64,000 nucleotides of DNA from Gemmatimonadota bacterium (lineage in GTDB: Bacteria > Gemmatimonadota > Gemmatimonadetes > Gemmatimonadales > GWC2-71-9). The DNA lies in assembly GCA_033763675.1 (NCBI GenBank), contig JANRJZ010000042.1, forward strand, positions 976 through 64,975, read 5' to 3'. Numbering within the stretch: position 1 is the first letter of the stretch; each line of letters begins with the position of its first letter. The notes beneath the pieces are model-generated. The model did no database searches and was not told the DNA's origin. It saw only the letters and a program-made list of their open reading frames with translations. A program made the position numbers and the translations under genes. Below are positions 1 to 10,626 of the stretch, in pieces.

Positions 1-1
1 G

Positions 2-1012
2 GTGGCCGCCGCCGAGCTGGTGGCCCAGGGGCATGAGGTCATCGGCGCCACGATGAAGCTCTTCTGCTACGGGGACCGCGTTCCGGACCGCCCCTGCTGC
101 TCCCTCGATTCCATCAACGACGCCCGCGATGTCTGCCGGATGCTCGGCGTGCCGCACTACGTGCTCAACCTCGAGGACCGCTTCAGCCGCGACGTCATTC
201 GCAACTTCGTGGATGAGTACAGCCGGGGCCGGACGCCGATCCCGTGCGTCCGCTGCAACTCCTTCACCAAGTTCCGGGATCTCCTGGCTCACGCCGATGC
301 CCTGGGCTGCAGCGCCATCGCCACCGGCCATTATGTCATCGCGCGCGCGGGACGGCTCTACCGCGGCAGCGATCCGGCCAAGGACCAGAGCTATTTTCTC
401 TGGGGCATCGACCGGGCCGTCGTCGCCCGCATGCGCACCCCTGTGGGGACCCTCACCAAGGCCGAGACACGGGCCCATGCCCGGCGGCTCGGACTGGTCA
501 CCGCCGAGAAGCCCGAGTCGGTGGAGATCTGCTTTGTGCCGGATGACGACTACGTCCGGGTGCTGGCCGACCACCTCCCCGCCGATGCCCCGGCGCTCAC
601 CCCCGGGCCGCTGGTGAGCGTGACCGGCGAGGCGCTGGGCACGCACGAGGGCTTTGCCCGCTACACCATCGGGCAGCGGAAGGGCCTCCCCGGCGGCGGG
701 GGCGCGGCGCGGTACGTCGTCGCGATCCGCCCCGAGCGCCGGGAAGTGGTGGTGGGCGGGCTCGCGGACCTGCAGGGCCACACCGTCCGGCTGCAGGAGC
801 TCAACTGGCTGGCGGAGCCGCTCGCCCTCGGGGACGGCTGCCTGGTGCAGATCCGGTACCGCGCCACCGCCGTGCCCGCCACGGTGGTCGTGGCCGGCGA
901 GGGGGAGTACACCCTGGCCCTGGCGACCCCGGTGCGGGCGATCACCCCCGGCCAATCCGGCGTCCTTTATGCCGCGGATGGCCAGGTGCTGGGCGGCGGG
1001 GTGATCGCCTGA
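2..1012 (+). CDS. mnmA: tRNA-specific 2-thiouridylase MnmA (5' end cut by window edge)
   Basis: The ORF is open to the left edge. The translation carries MnmA/TrmU hallmarks (PCCSLDS, VRCNSFTKF, ATGHY). Stop TGA at 1010-1012 shares 1 nt with the next ATG. Confidence 0.9.
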   Translation: MAAAELVAQGHEVIGATMKLFCYGDRVPDRPCCSLDSINDARDVCRMLGVPHYVLNLEDRFSRDVIRNFVDEYSRGRTPIPCVRCNSFTKFRDLLAHADALGCSAIATGHYVIARAGRLYRGSDPAKDQSYFLWGIDRAVVARMRTPVGTLTKAETRAHARRLGLVTAEKPESVEICFVPDDDYVRVLADHLPADAPALTPGPLVSVTGEALGTHEGFARYTIGQRKGLPGGGGAARYVVAIRPERREVVVGGLADLQGHTVRLQELNWLAEPLALGDGCLVQIRYRATAVPATVVVAGEGEYTLALATPVRAITPGQSGVLYAADGQVLGGGVIA

Positions 1013-3042
1013 TGCGGGCCCTTCGGCTCGGCGCGGCACTGGCGCTTCTCCTGCCGCTCTCTCCCGGCGCCCTCGCCGGCCAGGACCGCGGCGGGCCGGG
1101 CATCGATGACTTCATCACGCTGCCCATCGTCTCGGACCCGCAGGTCTCCCCCGACGGCAACCTGGTGGCCTACACCCTGGCGACGCCGAGTTTCGAGGAG
1201 AATCGCGCGAGCAGCCGGGTCTGGGTCGCGGACCTCGCCACGGCCGGGAGCACCCAGGTCCCGGCGCCGGCGGGGAACGATCGGGCGCCACGGTGGTCGC
1301 CGGATGGCCGCTGGCTGGCCTTCATCTCCACCCGCGACGGGGGAGCGCAGATCTGGCGCATGCCCACCCGCGGCGGGGAGCCCGTCAAGGTGACCAACGG
1401 GAGCGACGGCATCGCCGATTACCTCTGGGCGCCGGACGGCAAGGCACTCTACTTCTGGACCGACGTCCCCTGGGGCGATTCGAGCGAGGCGGCCCGGCGG
1501 GCGGCGCCGTGGCCCACCGAGGCCCGGATCTTCACCGAGCTGTTCTACCGTCACTGGAACGAATGGCGCCTGGGTGTGCGCTCCCACCTGTTCCGGGTGG
1601 AACTGGCCGACGGCACCACCACCGACGTGACTCCCTTCGATCGGGACGTGCCGCCGCTGGCGCTGGGCGGGCGGGACATCGCCTTCTCCCCGGTGGGCAC
1701 CGAGCTGGCCGTGGTGTACAACCCCGACTCCGCGCTCGCCACGAGCACCAACAACGACATCTTCGTGATGGGCCCGGACGGCTCCGCCCGGCAGGCCATC
1801 ACGAGCAGCAAGGGCAACGACCACTCGCCACAATACTCGCCGGATGGGCGCTACGTCGCCTACCTGGCGATGCCCACGCCGGGCTTCGAGGCGGACCGCC
1901 AGCAGCTCATGCTGTTCGACCGCGCCAGCGGCCGCCGGTTCTCGGTGACCCCGCGCTGGGAGCTGTCCGTCAGTGCCTTCCAGTGGCTGCCGGATGCCCG
2001 GGGCGTGCTGGCGGAGGTCGAGGAGCGCGGTGGGCAGGCGATCTATCGCATCGAGGTGCCGACCGGACGGACCACGCGGCTGGTGCGCGGCGGCACCAAT
2101 ACCGCCCTGCAGGTGGCGAGCGCCGCCGAGGTCATGGTGTTCCTGCGCTCGACGGCGCGGCGGGCGCCCGAGGTCTGGGCCGCGACACTGGACGGGAAGA
2201 ACGCGCGGCCGGTCACCCGGGTGAACGAGGAGCGCTTCGGCGGGTGGGACATCCCGGCGCTGGAGGAATTCGGCTTCCTGAGCGCCCGCAACGACTCGGT
2301 CTTCGGCTGGATCATGAAGCCGCCGGGATTCGCGCCCGGCCGGCGCTATCCGCTGCTCTACCTGATCCACGGCGGCCCGCAGGGAGCCTGGCTGGACCAG
2401 TGGCATGGGCGCTGGAACTACGCCACGTTTGCGGCCCGCGGCTACGTGGTGGCTGCGGTCAACTTTCATGGCTCCACCGGCTACGGCCAGAACTTCACCA
2501 ACAGCATCAGCAGGAACTGGGGTGGGCTCCCCTACGACGACCTCATGCGGGGCCTCGACATCCTGGCACGGCTCCCCTACGTCGACAGCACCCGGATGGG
2601 GGCGGCGGGGGCGTCCTACGGGGGCTACATGGTGTACTGGATGGCCGGCCACACCAGCCGGTTCCGGGCGCTCGTCGCCCACGACGGCATCTTCAACCCG
2701 CTCTCCATGGCGGGCACCACCGAGGAGCTCTGGTTTCCGACCTGGGAGTTCGGCGGCACCCCGGCGGATCCGTCGGCGCGGGCCATCATGGAGAAATGGT
2801 CGCCGGCCAACTTCGTGGCCAACTGGCGCACCCCGATGCTGGTGGTGCACAGCCAGCACGACTACCGGGTGGACGTCTCCGAGGGGCTGCAGGCGTTCAC
2901 CGCCCTCCGCCTGCGCGGCATCCCGGCGAAGTTCCTGTACTTCCCCGACGAGGACCATTTCGTCACCCGCCCGCGCAACCGCCGGCTCTGGTGGTCCACG
3001 GTGCTGGATTGGTTCGATCACTATCTCCGCCAGGATACCTGA
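1012..3042 (+). CDS. S9-family serine peptidase (prolyl oligopeptidase/acylaminoacyl-peptidase type) with N-terminal beta-propeller; secreted
   Basis: Signal-peptide-like N-terminus (MRALRLGAALALLLPLSPGALAGQ) and repeated SPDG propeller motifs. The C-terminal alpha/beta hydrolase has a GASYGGYM nucleophile elbow and later Asp/His motifs (HSQHDYRV, DEDHF). Confidence 0.85.
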   Translation: MRALRLGAALALLLPLSPGALAGQDRGGPGIDDFITLPIVSDPQVSPDGNLVAYTLATPSFEENRASSRVWVADLATAGSTQVPAPAGNDRAPRWSPDGRWLAFISTRDGGAQIWRMPTRGGEPVKVTNGSDGIADYLWAPDGKALYFWTDVPWGDSSEAARRAAPWPTEARIFTELFYRHWNEWRLGVRSHLFRVELADGTTTDVTPFDRDVPPLALGGRDIAFSPVGTELAVVYNPDSALATSTNNDIFVMGPDGSARQAITSSKGNDHSPQYSPDGRYVAYLAMPTPGFEADRQQLMLFDRASGRRFSVTPRWELSVSAFQWLPDARGVLAEVEERGGQAIYRIEVPTGRTTRLVRGGTNTALQVASAAEVMVFLRSTARRAPEVWAATLDGKNARPVTRVNEERFGGWDIPALEEFGFLSARNDSVFGWIMKPPGFAPGRRYPLLYLIHGGPQGAWLDQWHGRWNYATFAARGYVVAAVNFHGSTGYGQNFTNSISRNWGGLPYDDLMRGLDILARLPYVDSTRMGAAGASYGGYMVYWMAGHTSRFRALVAHDGIFNPLSMAGTTEELWFPTWEFGGTPADPSARAIMEKWSPANFVANWRTPMLVVHSQHDYRVDVSEGLQAFTALRLRGIPAKFLYFPDEDHFVTRPRNRRLWWSTVLDWFDHYLRQDT

Positions 3043-3422
3043 TGCGCAGCCTCTTCGTCCGCTGGCTCATCAACACCCTGGCCCTCTACGTCGCGGTCCA
3101 GGTGGTGCCCGGGGTGGACTACGACGGGGGCCCGCTGGGTTTGCTGCTGGTGGCCGCGATCTTCGGCCTGGTCAACGCGGTGCTCCGGCCGGTCCTCACG
3201 CTGCTCACCTGCCCGCTGGTGCTGGTGAGTCTGGGGCTGTTCCTGTTCGTGATCAACGCCATGCTGCTGCTCTTTACCAGCTGGCTGTCGAACCCCCTCG
3301 GCCTGGGGTTCCATGTGGCGGGCTTCTGGCCCGCCTTCTGGGCCGGGCTGCTGATCAGCCTGGTGAGCCTCCTCCTCTCCATCATGGTGGGCGAGAAGGA
3401 GATCCGGGTGCAGCACCCCTGA
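3042..3422 (+). CDS. small 4-TM membrane protein, phage-holin-4/YvlD-like family
   Basis: ATG at 3042 overlaps the upstream TGA by 1 nt and lies in frame within track ORF 1293..3422. The 126-aa product (MRSLFVRWLINTLALYVAVQVVPGV...) is almost entirely hydrophobic helices, as in the YvlD/DUF360 family. Confidence 0.55.
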   Translation: MRSLFVRWLINTLALYVAVQVVPGVDYDGGPLGLLLVAAIFGLVNAVLRPVLTLLTCPLVLVSLGLFLFVINAMLLLFTSWLSNPLGLGFHVAGFWPAFWAGLLISLVSLLLSIMVGEKEIRVQHP

Positions 3423-3452
3423 GCTGAGGCCGGCGGGAATGGGTGGCCTGGA

Positions 3453-5666
3453 GTGGCTGTTACCCTGCCGTTACAGAAGCTGGCCCCGCTCGCGCCGGCC
3501 GGTAAATTCCCTCCCGTGACCGACGCCACGCTCCCCCGTGTCCCCACCAGCCCGGAACCGGCCCCCGACCTGGGACAGCCGGGCCTCTACAGCAACCGCG
3601 AACTCTCGTGGCTGGCATTCAATCGCCGGGTGCTGCATGAGGGGGAGGATCCCCGCACGCCGCTGCTGGAGCGGCTCAAGTTCTTCGGGATCTTCAGTTC
3701 CAACCTGGATGAGTTCTTCCAGATCCGGGTCGCCGGACTCAAGGACCAGCTCGCGGCCGGTTACAGCGAGCGGTCCCCGGATGGACTGACCCCGGAAGCC
3801 CAGCTGCGCCAGATCGCGGCCGTGGTGCGGGAGCAGGTCCGGGATCATGGCCGGGCGCTGCACGAGGAGGTCCTGCCGGCGCTGTCGGGCCACGGGGCCA
3901 CGCTGCTCGATATCGGCGACCTGACCGAGGCGGAGCGCGAGCAGGTGAACCGGCATTTCCGCGACAACGTCTTCCCGGTGCTCACCCCGCTCGCCGTGGA
4001 CCCGGCGCACCCCTTCCCCTACATCTCGAACCTGAGCCTCTCGCTCGCCGTGGCGCTCCGGGACCTGGACGGGGAGGAGCGGTTCGCCCGGGTGAAAGTC
4101 CCGAAGATCCTGCCCCGCTGGGTCCGCGTGAGCGAGGGATGGCGCTACCTGCCCCTGGAACAGCTGATTACCGCCAACATCGAGGCGCTCTTTCCGGGCG
4201 TGGAGATCCTCGGCTGCTACCCGTTCCGGATCACCCGGAACACCGACTTCGAGGTGGACCACGATGAGGCCGAGGACCTGCTGAGCACGATCCAGGAGGA
4301 AGTGCGGAATCGCCGCTTCGGTGCGGTGGTGCGGCTCGAGGTCTCGCCCAACCTCCCGCAGTCCATCCGGGAGGTGCTGCTGTCGGAATTCAACGCCGCC
4401 CAGGCGGAGCTCTCGGCCACGCTGGGCGCGGACGACGTCTACGAGGTCAGCGGGTTGCTGGACACCGCGGACCTGCTCTCGCTGGCGTCGGCCATCGACC
4501 TGCCGGCGCTCAAGGACCCCCCGCACCATCCCGTGATCCCCAATCGCCTGGCCGGCGGACGCAACATGTTCGAGGTCATCCGGGAGGGGGACGTGCTGGT
4601 CCACCATCCGTACGAGAGCTTCACCAGTTCGGTGGAGCGCTTCATCCAGACCGCCGTGGATGATCCGGACGTGGTGGCCATCAAGCTCACGCTCTACCGC
4701 ACCGGCGGCGACTCCAGCATTGCGCGGCTGCTGGCGCAGGCCGCCGAACGGGGCAAGCAGGTGGCGGTGCTGATCGAGCTGCAGGCCCGGTTCGACGAGG
4801 AGAACAACATCCGCTGGGCCCAGCGGCTGGAGGACGTCGGGGTGCACGTGAGTTACGGCGTGGCGGGTTTGAAGACCCATGCCAAGGTGATGCTGGTGGT
4901 GCGCCGCGAGGGCGAGACCATGCGCCGCTACGTGCACCTCGGCACCGGCAACTATCACCCGCGCACCGCACGGCTCTACACCGACTTCGGCCTGTTCACC
5001 ACCGACCCCGACTTCGGTGCCGATCTCACCGACCTGTTCAATGTCCTCACCGGGTTCGGCGCGCCGCAGGAATACCGGCGGCTGATCACCGCCCCGCGGG
5101 GAATGCGGGAACGGTTCGTGGCCATGATCCAGCGGGAGGCGGAGCATGCCCGGGCGGGGCGGCCCGCGCGGATCTTCGCGAAGATGAACGCCCTGGTGGA
5201 CCCGGCCCTCATCCGGGCGCTCTACGAGGCGTCGCAGGCCGGAGTGGCGGTGGACCTGATCGTGCGCGGGATCTGCTGCCTCCGCCCCGGGGTTCCGGGG
5301 GTGAGCGACCGGATCCGGGTGATCAGCGTGATCGGCCGGTTCCTCGAGCATTCGCGCGCGTTCTACTTCCTGAATGGCGGGGCGGAAGAGGTCTACATCG
5401 GCTCCGCCGACTGGATGCCCCGCAACCTCGACCGGCGAATCGAGGCCGTTGCCCCGGTGCTCGATCCGGCGCACCGGGCCGCGATCCGCGACCAGCTCAA
5501 CCTGATGTGGCAGGACAACCGGCAGGCGTGGGAACTGGATGCGGATGGGCATTACGCCCAGCGCCGGCCGCCCTCCCCGGACCTGGAACTCGCGACCCAC
5601 CGCGCGCTGGTCGAGAGCCACCGGGAGACGGGTCGGACGGGCGAATTCCCCATTCCGACCCGCTGA
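3453..5666 (+). CDS. ppk: polyphosphate kinase 1
   Basis: Characteristic PPK1 N-terminus (LYSNRELSWLAFNRRVLHEGEDPRTPLLERLKFFGIFSSNLDEFFQIRV) and full length of about 700 aa. The start is GTG at 3453; an alternative GTG near 3516 is possible. Confidence 0.9.
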   Translation: MAVTLPLQKLAPLAPAGKFPPVTDATLPRVPTSPEPAPDLGQPGLYSNRELSWLAFNRRVLHEGEDPRTPLLERLKFFGIFSSNLDEFFQIRVAGLKDQLAAGYSERSPDGLTPEAQLRQIAAVVREQVRDHGRALHEEVLPALSGHGATLLDIGDLTEAEREQVNRHFRDNVFPVLTPLAVDPAHPFPYISNLSLSLAVALRDLDGEERFARVKVPKILPRWVRVSEGWRYLPLEQLITANIEALFPGVEILGCYPFRITRNTDFEVDHDEAEDLLSTIQEEVRNRRFGAVVRLEVSPNLPQSIREVLLSEFNAAQAELSATLGADDVYEVSGLLDTADLLSLASAIDLPALKDPPHHPVIPNRLAGGRNMFEVIREGDVLVHHPYESFTSSVERFIQTAVDDPDVVAIKLTLYRTGGDSSIARLLAQAAERGKQVAVLIELQARFDEENNIRWAQRLEDVGVHVSYGVAGLKTHAKVMLVVRREGETMRRYVHLGTGNYHPRTARLYTDFGLFTTDPDFGADLTDLFNVLTGFGAPQEYRRLITAPRGMRERFVAMIQREAEHARAGRPARIFAKMNALVDPALIRALYEASQAGVAVDLIVRGICCLRPGVPGVSDRIRVISVIGRFLEHSRAFYFLNGGAEEVYIGSADWMPRNLDRRIEAVAPVLDPAHRAAIRDQLNLMWQDNRQAWELDADGHYAQRRPPSPDLELATHRALVESHRETGRTGEFPIPTR

Positions 5667-5667
5667 G

Positions 5668-6780
5668 TCAGTAGGCCAGGCCGGACAGCTCCGCGAACTG
5701 CTTCAGCAGGGCTTCCTGTTCCGGGGTCAGGGTGGCCGGGATCTGCACTTGGACCTGGACCAGCTGGTCTCCCCGCCGGTCACCCTTCTCGATGCCCAGC
5801 CCCTTGATGCGGAACTTCCGTCCCGGCTGGGTGCCCGCCGGGACCTTCAGCACGACCTTCTTGCCATCCAGCGTCCGCACCCGAAGGCGGGTGCCGAGCA
5901 CCGCCTGGGCCAGGTTGATCGGGACCTCGCAGACGAGGTCCAGTCCGTCCCGGTGAAAGAAACGGTCAGGCTGGACCTGGAAGGTCACGACGATATCGCC
6001 CGGGGGGAGCCCTGGAGCGGCGGACTGCCCCTGCCCCTTGAGCCGCACCTTGGCGCCGGTCTCGGTGCCCGGGGGCACCGTGATCAAGACCTCGCGCTCG
6101 TGCCGCACCTCGCCCGCGCCGCCGCAGGCCGGGCATGGGGTGGAGGGGATCCTCCCCTTGCCACGACACTGCGGGCAGGGCCGGCTGACCGCGAAGCCAC
6201 CCTGGCCGAAGGTCACATTGCCGCGCCCATTGCACTCGGGACAGGTCGAGATCTTGGCACCCGGTGCCGCGCCGCTTCCGGTGCAGGTACGGCAGGTCTC
6301 GGTAAGCGGGAGGCGCACCGGCACCTTCCCCCCCAGCGCCGCCACCCGGAACGGAATCTCCACCACCGTCTCGATGGCCTCGGCGATCTCCGGTTCGGCT
6401 CGACCGCCCCTGCCGAAAATGGAGGAGAAGATATCGCCCAGGCCGAAGCTGCCCACATCGGAGAAGTCGAACCCCTCGGTTCCGCCGCCGGGCCCGCCGC
6501 CGGCCGTTCCGGCCCGCGCGCCGCCGGCGCCCTGGCGACGGAAGCCCCCCCCGCCGTCAAATGCGCCCAGGCGGCGCATCTGGTCGTATTGCTTGCGCTT
6601 GTCAGCATCAGAAAGCACGGCGTGCGCCTCCGACACCTCCTTGAAGCGCTCGGCCGCCTGGGGGTTATTGGGGTTCGCGTCGGGGTGATGCTGCTTGGCC
6701 AGCCGCCGGTAGGCCTTCTTGATCTCCTCCGGCGTGGCGCTGTCGGGGACCCCAAGGACCTGATAGAAGTCCCGGGCCAC
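5668..6780 (-). CDS. dnaJ: molecular chaperone DnaJ
   Basis: J domain with HPD ([13 protein letters not shown]), a G/F-rich linker, and four CxxCxGxG zinc-finger repeats ([32 protein letters not shown]). Confidence 0.95.
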   Translation of the reverse strand: MARDFYQVLGVPDSATPEEIKKAYRRLAKQHHPDANPNNPQAAERFKEVSEAHAVLSDADKRKQYDQMRRLGAFDGGGGFRRQGAGGARAGTAGGGPGGGTEGFDFSDVGSFGLGDIFSSIFGRGGRAEPEIAEAIETVVEIPFRVAALGGKVPVRLPLTETCRTCTGSGAAPGAKISTCPECNGRGNVTFGQGGFAVSRPCPQCRGKGRIPSTPCPACGGAGEVRHEREVLITVPPGTETGAKVRLKGQGQSAAPGLPPGDIVVTFQVQPDRFFHRDGLDLVCEVPINLAQAVLGTRLRVRTLDGKKVVLKVPAGTQPGRKFRIKGLGIEKGDRRGDQLVQVQVQIPATLTPEQEALLKQFAELSGLAY

Positions 6781-6781
6781 G

Positions 6782-7375
6782 TCAGGCGTGCCCTTCGGTG
6801 GAGTAGACCTGGACCCGGGCTGGGCGGATCAAGGTGCCCTTGAAGCGGTATCCCGCCTGGAAGGTGGCAGCGACAGTATGGTCCTGCTCCGGCGCGGCCG
6901 GCGCGATCACCGAAACCGCCTCCGCCACCGCAGGGTCGAACGGCTGACCCACGGGATCGAGCCGCTCGAGGCCGGCCGTCTCCAGTTCCTTCCGGAGCTT
7001 CCGGTCCATCAGCACCAGCGCCTGCTGCAGCACATCTCCGCCGGCGGCCACCCCCGCCCCCTGCATGACCCGGTCGAGGTCATCCAGCACGTCCAGCAGC
7101 CTGCCCGCGAGTTGCGCCTGGGAACGCTGGCTCAGTTCCTCCCGCTCCCGTGCCGCCCGACGGCGGAAATTGTCGTACTCTGCGGCGAGCCGGAGGTGCC
7201 GGTCCTTGGCGGCGTCCAGCTCCCCCTCGAGGCGGCGAATGGCCTCGGTGTCGGGCTCCAGCGGGAGCGCCGAATGCACCTCGACGGGAGCCCCCGCCGT
7301 CCCGGCATCCTGAGGGGAGGCACCGGTGGCGTCCCCGCCCAGGCCATCATTTCCAACGTTATGGGATTCAATCAC
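6782..7375 (-). CDS. grpE: nucleotide exchange factor GrpE
   Basis: GrpE-like coiled coil plus beta domain ([16 protein letters not shown]..., [10 protein letters not shown]...). It lies 1 nt upstream of dnaJ. The start is GTG at 7375. Confidence 0.9.
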   Translation of the reverse strand: MIESHNVGNDGLGGDATGASPQDAGTAGAPVEVHSALPLEPDTEAIRRLEGELDAAKDRHLRLAAEYDNFRRRAAREREELSQRSQAQLAGRLLDVLDDLDRVMQGAGVAAGGDVLQQALVLMDRKLRKELETAGLERLDPVGQPFDPAVAEAVSVIAPAAPEQDHTVAATFQAGYRFKGTLIRPARVQVYSTEGHA

Positions 7376-7488
7376 TTGCAGGATCGCCTCGTGGCAGTCA
7401 GGACAAAGATAACAGCAACCCGTGTGCCCGGGGGGATGGGCCAGTCTGGCAGGAGACCAGACGCAGGGAGGCGCCCGCAGGTTACCCG

Positions 7489-8751
7489 CTAGACCGTGGT
7501 TCCCGCGGGCGACGGGTCCGTCCGGAGGAGCTTGAGGAGCCGGAAGAGAGCCATCTGGACGGCGCGGCTACGGACATCCTCCCGCGAGCCCGGAAACTGG
7601 TGCCGATGCACGGTCACGGCGCCCCGTATGGAGATGCCCAGGAATACCAGACCCACCGGCTTGTCGGGCGTCCCTCCGTCGGGGCCGGCGATCCCGGTGA
7701 CCGAGATCGTGAGTTCCGCTCCAAAGCGCCGGGCGGCGCCGGCGGCCATCGCCGCCGCCACCGGCTCGCTCACCGCGCCGTGCGTCGCGAACAGTTCCCC
7801 GGGGACATCGAGCAGCGAGCGCTTCGGCTGGTTGTCATAGGCGATGACCCCGCCGAGGAAGACCTCCGAGCTGCCCGGAATGGCGGTGAGCCGGGCCCCG
7901 ATCCCTCCCCCGGTGCAGGATTCCGCGGTGGCCAGGTGGAGGCCGGCTCGCCGGGCCTCCGCGAGGACCACGGCGGCGAGGTCATCGTCTCCCTCGCCGT
8001 AGCACCACTCCCGGGCCCGCCGAGTCAGGAGTGCGGCGCCGTCGGCCAGTCGCTGGTCGGCCTCCTCGGGTCCGAGGTTCCAGGCGGTCAGCCGCAGATC
8101 CACGCCCTCGAGGCCGGGGAGGTATGCCAGGGAAAGGGGGGCGACTTCCTCCTCGACCCCCTCCAGGCGCTCGGCCAGGGCGGACTCCGGCACTCCCGTG
8201 GTGCGCACCGTGCGCGACCGTACCACCCGCCCGCCGGCGCGAGGGGCCAGCCGGGGCAGCACCTCGTGGTGCAGCAGGCCCCGCATTTCTGCAGGGACCC
8301 CCGGCAGGAGAATCGCGAGGCCCGGCGGCCCTTCCAGCCAGAGTCCCGGCGCGGTCCCCCATCGATTTGGGAGGATGACCCCCCCTTGCGGCACCTCGGC
8401 CTGTCCCCGGTTCTTCGCGGGCGGCACCCGTCCCGCCCGTGCGAAGCGGGCGACCAGCGCCTCCCACACGTCCTGCCGGAAGGTCAGCGGCATGCCGAAG
8501 AGGTCGGCGATCACCTTCTTGGTCACGTCGTCCGCGGTGGGGCCCAGGCCACCGGTGGCCAGGAACGCCCCGGTGCGCTGGAGCGCCGCCTGGGCGGCCT
8601 CCCGGATGGCGGCAGGATCATCGGGCACGGAAGTGCGGCGCCGCACGGGAACCCCGGCCGCAGCAAGGGCCCGGCCGATCTCGGCACTGTTGGTGTCGAC
8701 CGTCTGGCCGAGCAGGAGTTCGGTGCCGATCGTGAGGAGTTCGATGGCCAC
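7489..8751 (-). CDS. cinA: CinA family protein (MoCF-binding domain + nicotinamide-nucleotide amidase domain)
   Basis: N-terminus MAIELLTIGTELLLGQTVDTNSAEIG and a C-terminal PncC-like region (ATAESCTGGGIGARLT). Adjacent to pgsA, a common pairing. Confidence 0.85.
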   Translation of the reverse strand: MAIELLTIGTELLLGQTVDTNSAEIGRALAAAGVPVRRRTSVPDDPAAIREAAQAALQRTGAFLATGGLGPTADDVTKKVIADLFGMPLTFRQDVWEALVARFARAGRVPPAKNRGQAEVPQGGVILPNRWGTAPGLWLEGPPGLAILLPGVPAEMRGLLHHEVLPRLAPRAGGRVVRSRTVRTTGVPESALAERLEGVEEEVAPLSLAYLPGLEGVDLRLTAWNLGPEEADQRLADGAALLTRRAREWCYGEGDDDLAAVVLAEARRAGLHLATAESCTGGGIGARLTAIPGSSEVFLGGVIAYDNQPKRSLLDVPGELFATHGAVSEPVAAAMAAGAARRFGAELTISVTGIAGPDGGTPDKPVGLVFLGISIRGAVTVHRHQFPGSREDVRSRAVQMALFRLLKLLRTDPSPAGTTV

Positions 8752-8761
8752 GGGGACCCGC

Positions 8762-9397
8762 TCAGTGATTGGTCTTGAAGAGGTTCCGGTAGCGGTACAG
8801 GTACACCGCGAACGAGTAGAGCGTCAGTGCGGTGGCGAGGGCCAGCGTGAGGGCCACCACGCCGCCATGGAACTGGTTCCAGTAGTCGGCGAAGCGGTTG
8901 TGCTCCCACCCCAGCGGCTTTCGGGCGTCGCGGAAGGTGAACCAGAGGAAGGTGGCACCGATGTAGATGTTCTGAATCGTGGCCTTGAGCTTCCCCGCCC
9001 CCGCCGCCGGGATCACGATGCCGCGGCGCTGAGCCCACCAGCGGAACCCGGTCATGGCCAGCTCGCGGCCGATGAGCAGCAGGCAGACCCAGAGCGGGAT
9101 GGAGCCCCAGACGGGGATGTCGTAGAGATCGTGCCGGGTGCGGGAAATCCAGTAGATGGGGATGATCGTGGCGAAGAGCAGCAGCTTGTCGGCGATCGGG
9201 TCCAGCAGCTTCCCGATGTCGGTCACCATGTTCCGGGACCGGGCCAAGTAGCCATCCACGACATCGGTGATGGCGGCGAAGAGAAAGATCAGGAACCCAA
9301 TCAGCTTGGGCCAGTAGCCGTCGATGAACGGCAGCAGGGCGATGACGGGCGTGAGGAGGATCCGGACCAGGGTCAGGATGTTGGGGAGGTTCCACAT
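8762..9397 (-). CDS. pgsA: CDP-diacylglycerol--glycerol-3-phosphate 3-phosphatidyltransferase
   Basis: CDP-alcohol phosphatidyltransferase motif (DVVDGYLARSRNMVTDIGKLLDPIADKLL) in a polytopic membrane protein. Confidence 0.85.
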   Translation of the reverse strand: MWNLPNILTLVRILLTPVIALLPFIDGYWPKLIGFLIFLFAAITDVVDGYLARSRNMVTDIGKLLDPIADKLLLFATIIPIYWISRTRHDLYDIPVWGSIPLWVCLLLIGRELAMTGFRWWAQRRGIVIPAAGAGKLKATIQNIYIGATFLWFTFRDARKPLGWEHNRFADYWNQFHGGVVALTLALATALTLYSFAVYLYRYRNLFKTNH

Positions 9398-9421
9398 GGT
9401 GGCGGGTCCCCCGGGCCGTTC

Positions 9422-10099
9422 CTAGGAGCCCAGGCTCTTCAGCACCATCTTGCTCACCGCCTTGAGCGTGTCGAACACCCCGTCGCCGTTCATGGCCACC
9501 GCCTCGAAGTACGGGGCGCGCTCGATCCACTGGCCGTCCAGCTGCTCCACCAGCGATTCCCCCTCATGATAGGGATCGGCGGTGAGCTTCTGGCGGGCGG
9601 GGTCCTCGACCGGCCAGCCCGGATTCAGCGCGGCCTGCAGCTCGCGAATGGTCGCGGCGTTGGGGAGGTCCCGCTTGTTGTACTGCACCACGAACGGAAT
9701 GCTGGTGAGGCTGTACCCGTGCTGGGCCATGTTGTCATACAGGTTCTGCATGGCCTCGATGTTGGCTTCCATCCGCTCGATCTGGCTGTCCGCCACGAAC
9801 ACCACGCCGTCCACCCCCTTGAGGATGAGCTTGCGGGAGGCGTTGTAGTAGACCTGCCCGGGCACCGTGTAGAGATGGAACCGGGTCTTGAAGCCTCGGA
9901 TGGTGCCGAGGTCCACGGGGAGGAAGTCGAAGAACAGGGTCCGCTCGGTTTCGGTGGCGAGCGAGATGAGCTTGCCCCGGCTGTTGGGGGCGACCTTGTT
10001 GTAGACGAACTCGAGGTTCGTCGTCTTCCCGCCGAGGCCCGGTCCGTAATAGACCAGCTTGCAGTTGATCTCGCGCGAGGCGTAGTTGATCATGCTCAT
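9422..10099 (-). CDS. mglA: MglA-type Ras-like small GTPase (with internal insertion)
   Basis: Near-identical to the MglA N-terminal two thirds as I recall it ([28 protein letters not shown]...RTLFFDFLP...TVPGQVYY...[10 protein letters not shown]). At 225 aa it is longer than the roughly 195 aa typical of MglA. Confidence 0.85.
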   Translation of the reverse strand: MSMINYASREINCKLVYYGPGLGGKTTNLEFVYNKVAPNSRGKLISLATETERTLFFDFLPVDLGTIRGFKTRFHLYTVPGQVYYNASRKLILKGVDGVVFVADSQIERMEANIEAMQNLYDNMAQHGYSLTSIPFVVQYNKRDLPNAATIRELQAALNPGWPVEDPARQKLTADPYHEGESLVEQLDGQWIERAPYFEAVAMNGDGVFDTLKAVSKMVLKSLGS

Positions 10100-10116
10100 G
10101 GGATCGTCACTCCGCC

Positions 10117-10614
10117 TCAGGCCCCGAACAGCTTGTCAAGCTCATCTTCTGCCTCGCCCAGGAATCCGGTCTCGACCTGTGGCTGGCCGGCCGCGCCGCG
10201 CGTGAACATCTCCTCGAAAATCGTCCTGAGATCCAGCACCGTCTGCCGCACCCGCAGCTTCACGAGGCCCAGGGTCGTCCGGTTGTCGAACAGCACCACC
10301 AGGATCACCCGCCGCGCGATGTCGGCGAGGTACATGGACTCCTTCTCCCCCTGGTGGAACAGGCTGCCGAACTCGGGCTCCCCGATCATCCGGGCGAGCT
10401 GGTCGTTGGCGCTGAAGTCCGCCGCGGTCAGCGACGCGAACGCGGTGGGGTCGAAGGTGGGTTCCTCGCCCACCACCGCCACCATCTGTCCCGTCCGGTC
10501 CACGATCATCCCGGTGCGCGCGTTGGACTCGCGCAGGAATCCGGACAGGACCAGCTGGATCTTGGTCGAGTCTTCTTCCCGGAACGACCAGCTGGAAGCA
10601 CCTGGTGGCATCAC
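10117..10614 (-). CDS. mglB: MglB-like Roadblock/LC7 domain protein (putative MglA GAP)
   Basis: Roadblock-type sequence ([26 protein letters not shown]...). It ends 17 nt upstream of mglA, the same order as mglBA operons. Confidence 0.75.
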   Translation of the reverse strand: MMPPGASSWSFREEDSTKIQLVLSGFLRESNARTGMIVDRTGQMVAVVGEEPTFDPTAFASLTAADFSANDQLARMIGEPEFGSLFHQGEKESMYLADIARRVILVVLFDNRTTLGLVKLRVRQTVLDLRTIFEEMFTRGAAGQPQVETGFLGEAEDELDKLFGA

Positions 10615-10626
10615 GTCCCCTTCTGG

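Noticed and set aside
967-3021. Very long ORFs antisense to, or out of frame with, recognisable genes:
- 967..3021 (-)
- 1293..3422 (+)
- 3471..5621 (-)
- 8198..10630 (+)
- 17696..20380 (+)
- 36384..39104 (+)
- 41872..43971 (+)
- 43968..45920 (+)
- 46857..48665 (-)
- 49864..51873 (-)
- 52640..54412 (-)
- 54510..56528 (+)
   Set aside because: Their translations are Arg/Gly/Pro/His/Ala-rich low-complexity strings with no motifs. That is typical of stop-codon-poor alternative frames in roughly 70% GC DNA. In every case another frame or strand encodes a clearly conserved protein.
7376-7488. Looked for a CIRCE element (TTAGCACTC-N9-GAGTGCTAA) or a sigma32-type promoter upstream of grpE-dnaJ.
   Set aside because: Neither is present in the 113-nt upstream region, and no hrcA is adjacent. 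Heat-shock control is therefore not identifiable from this window.
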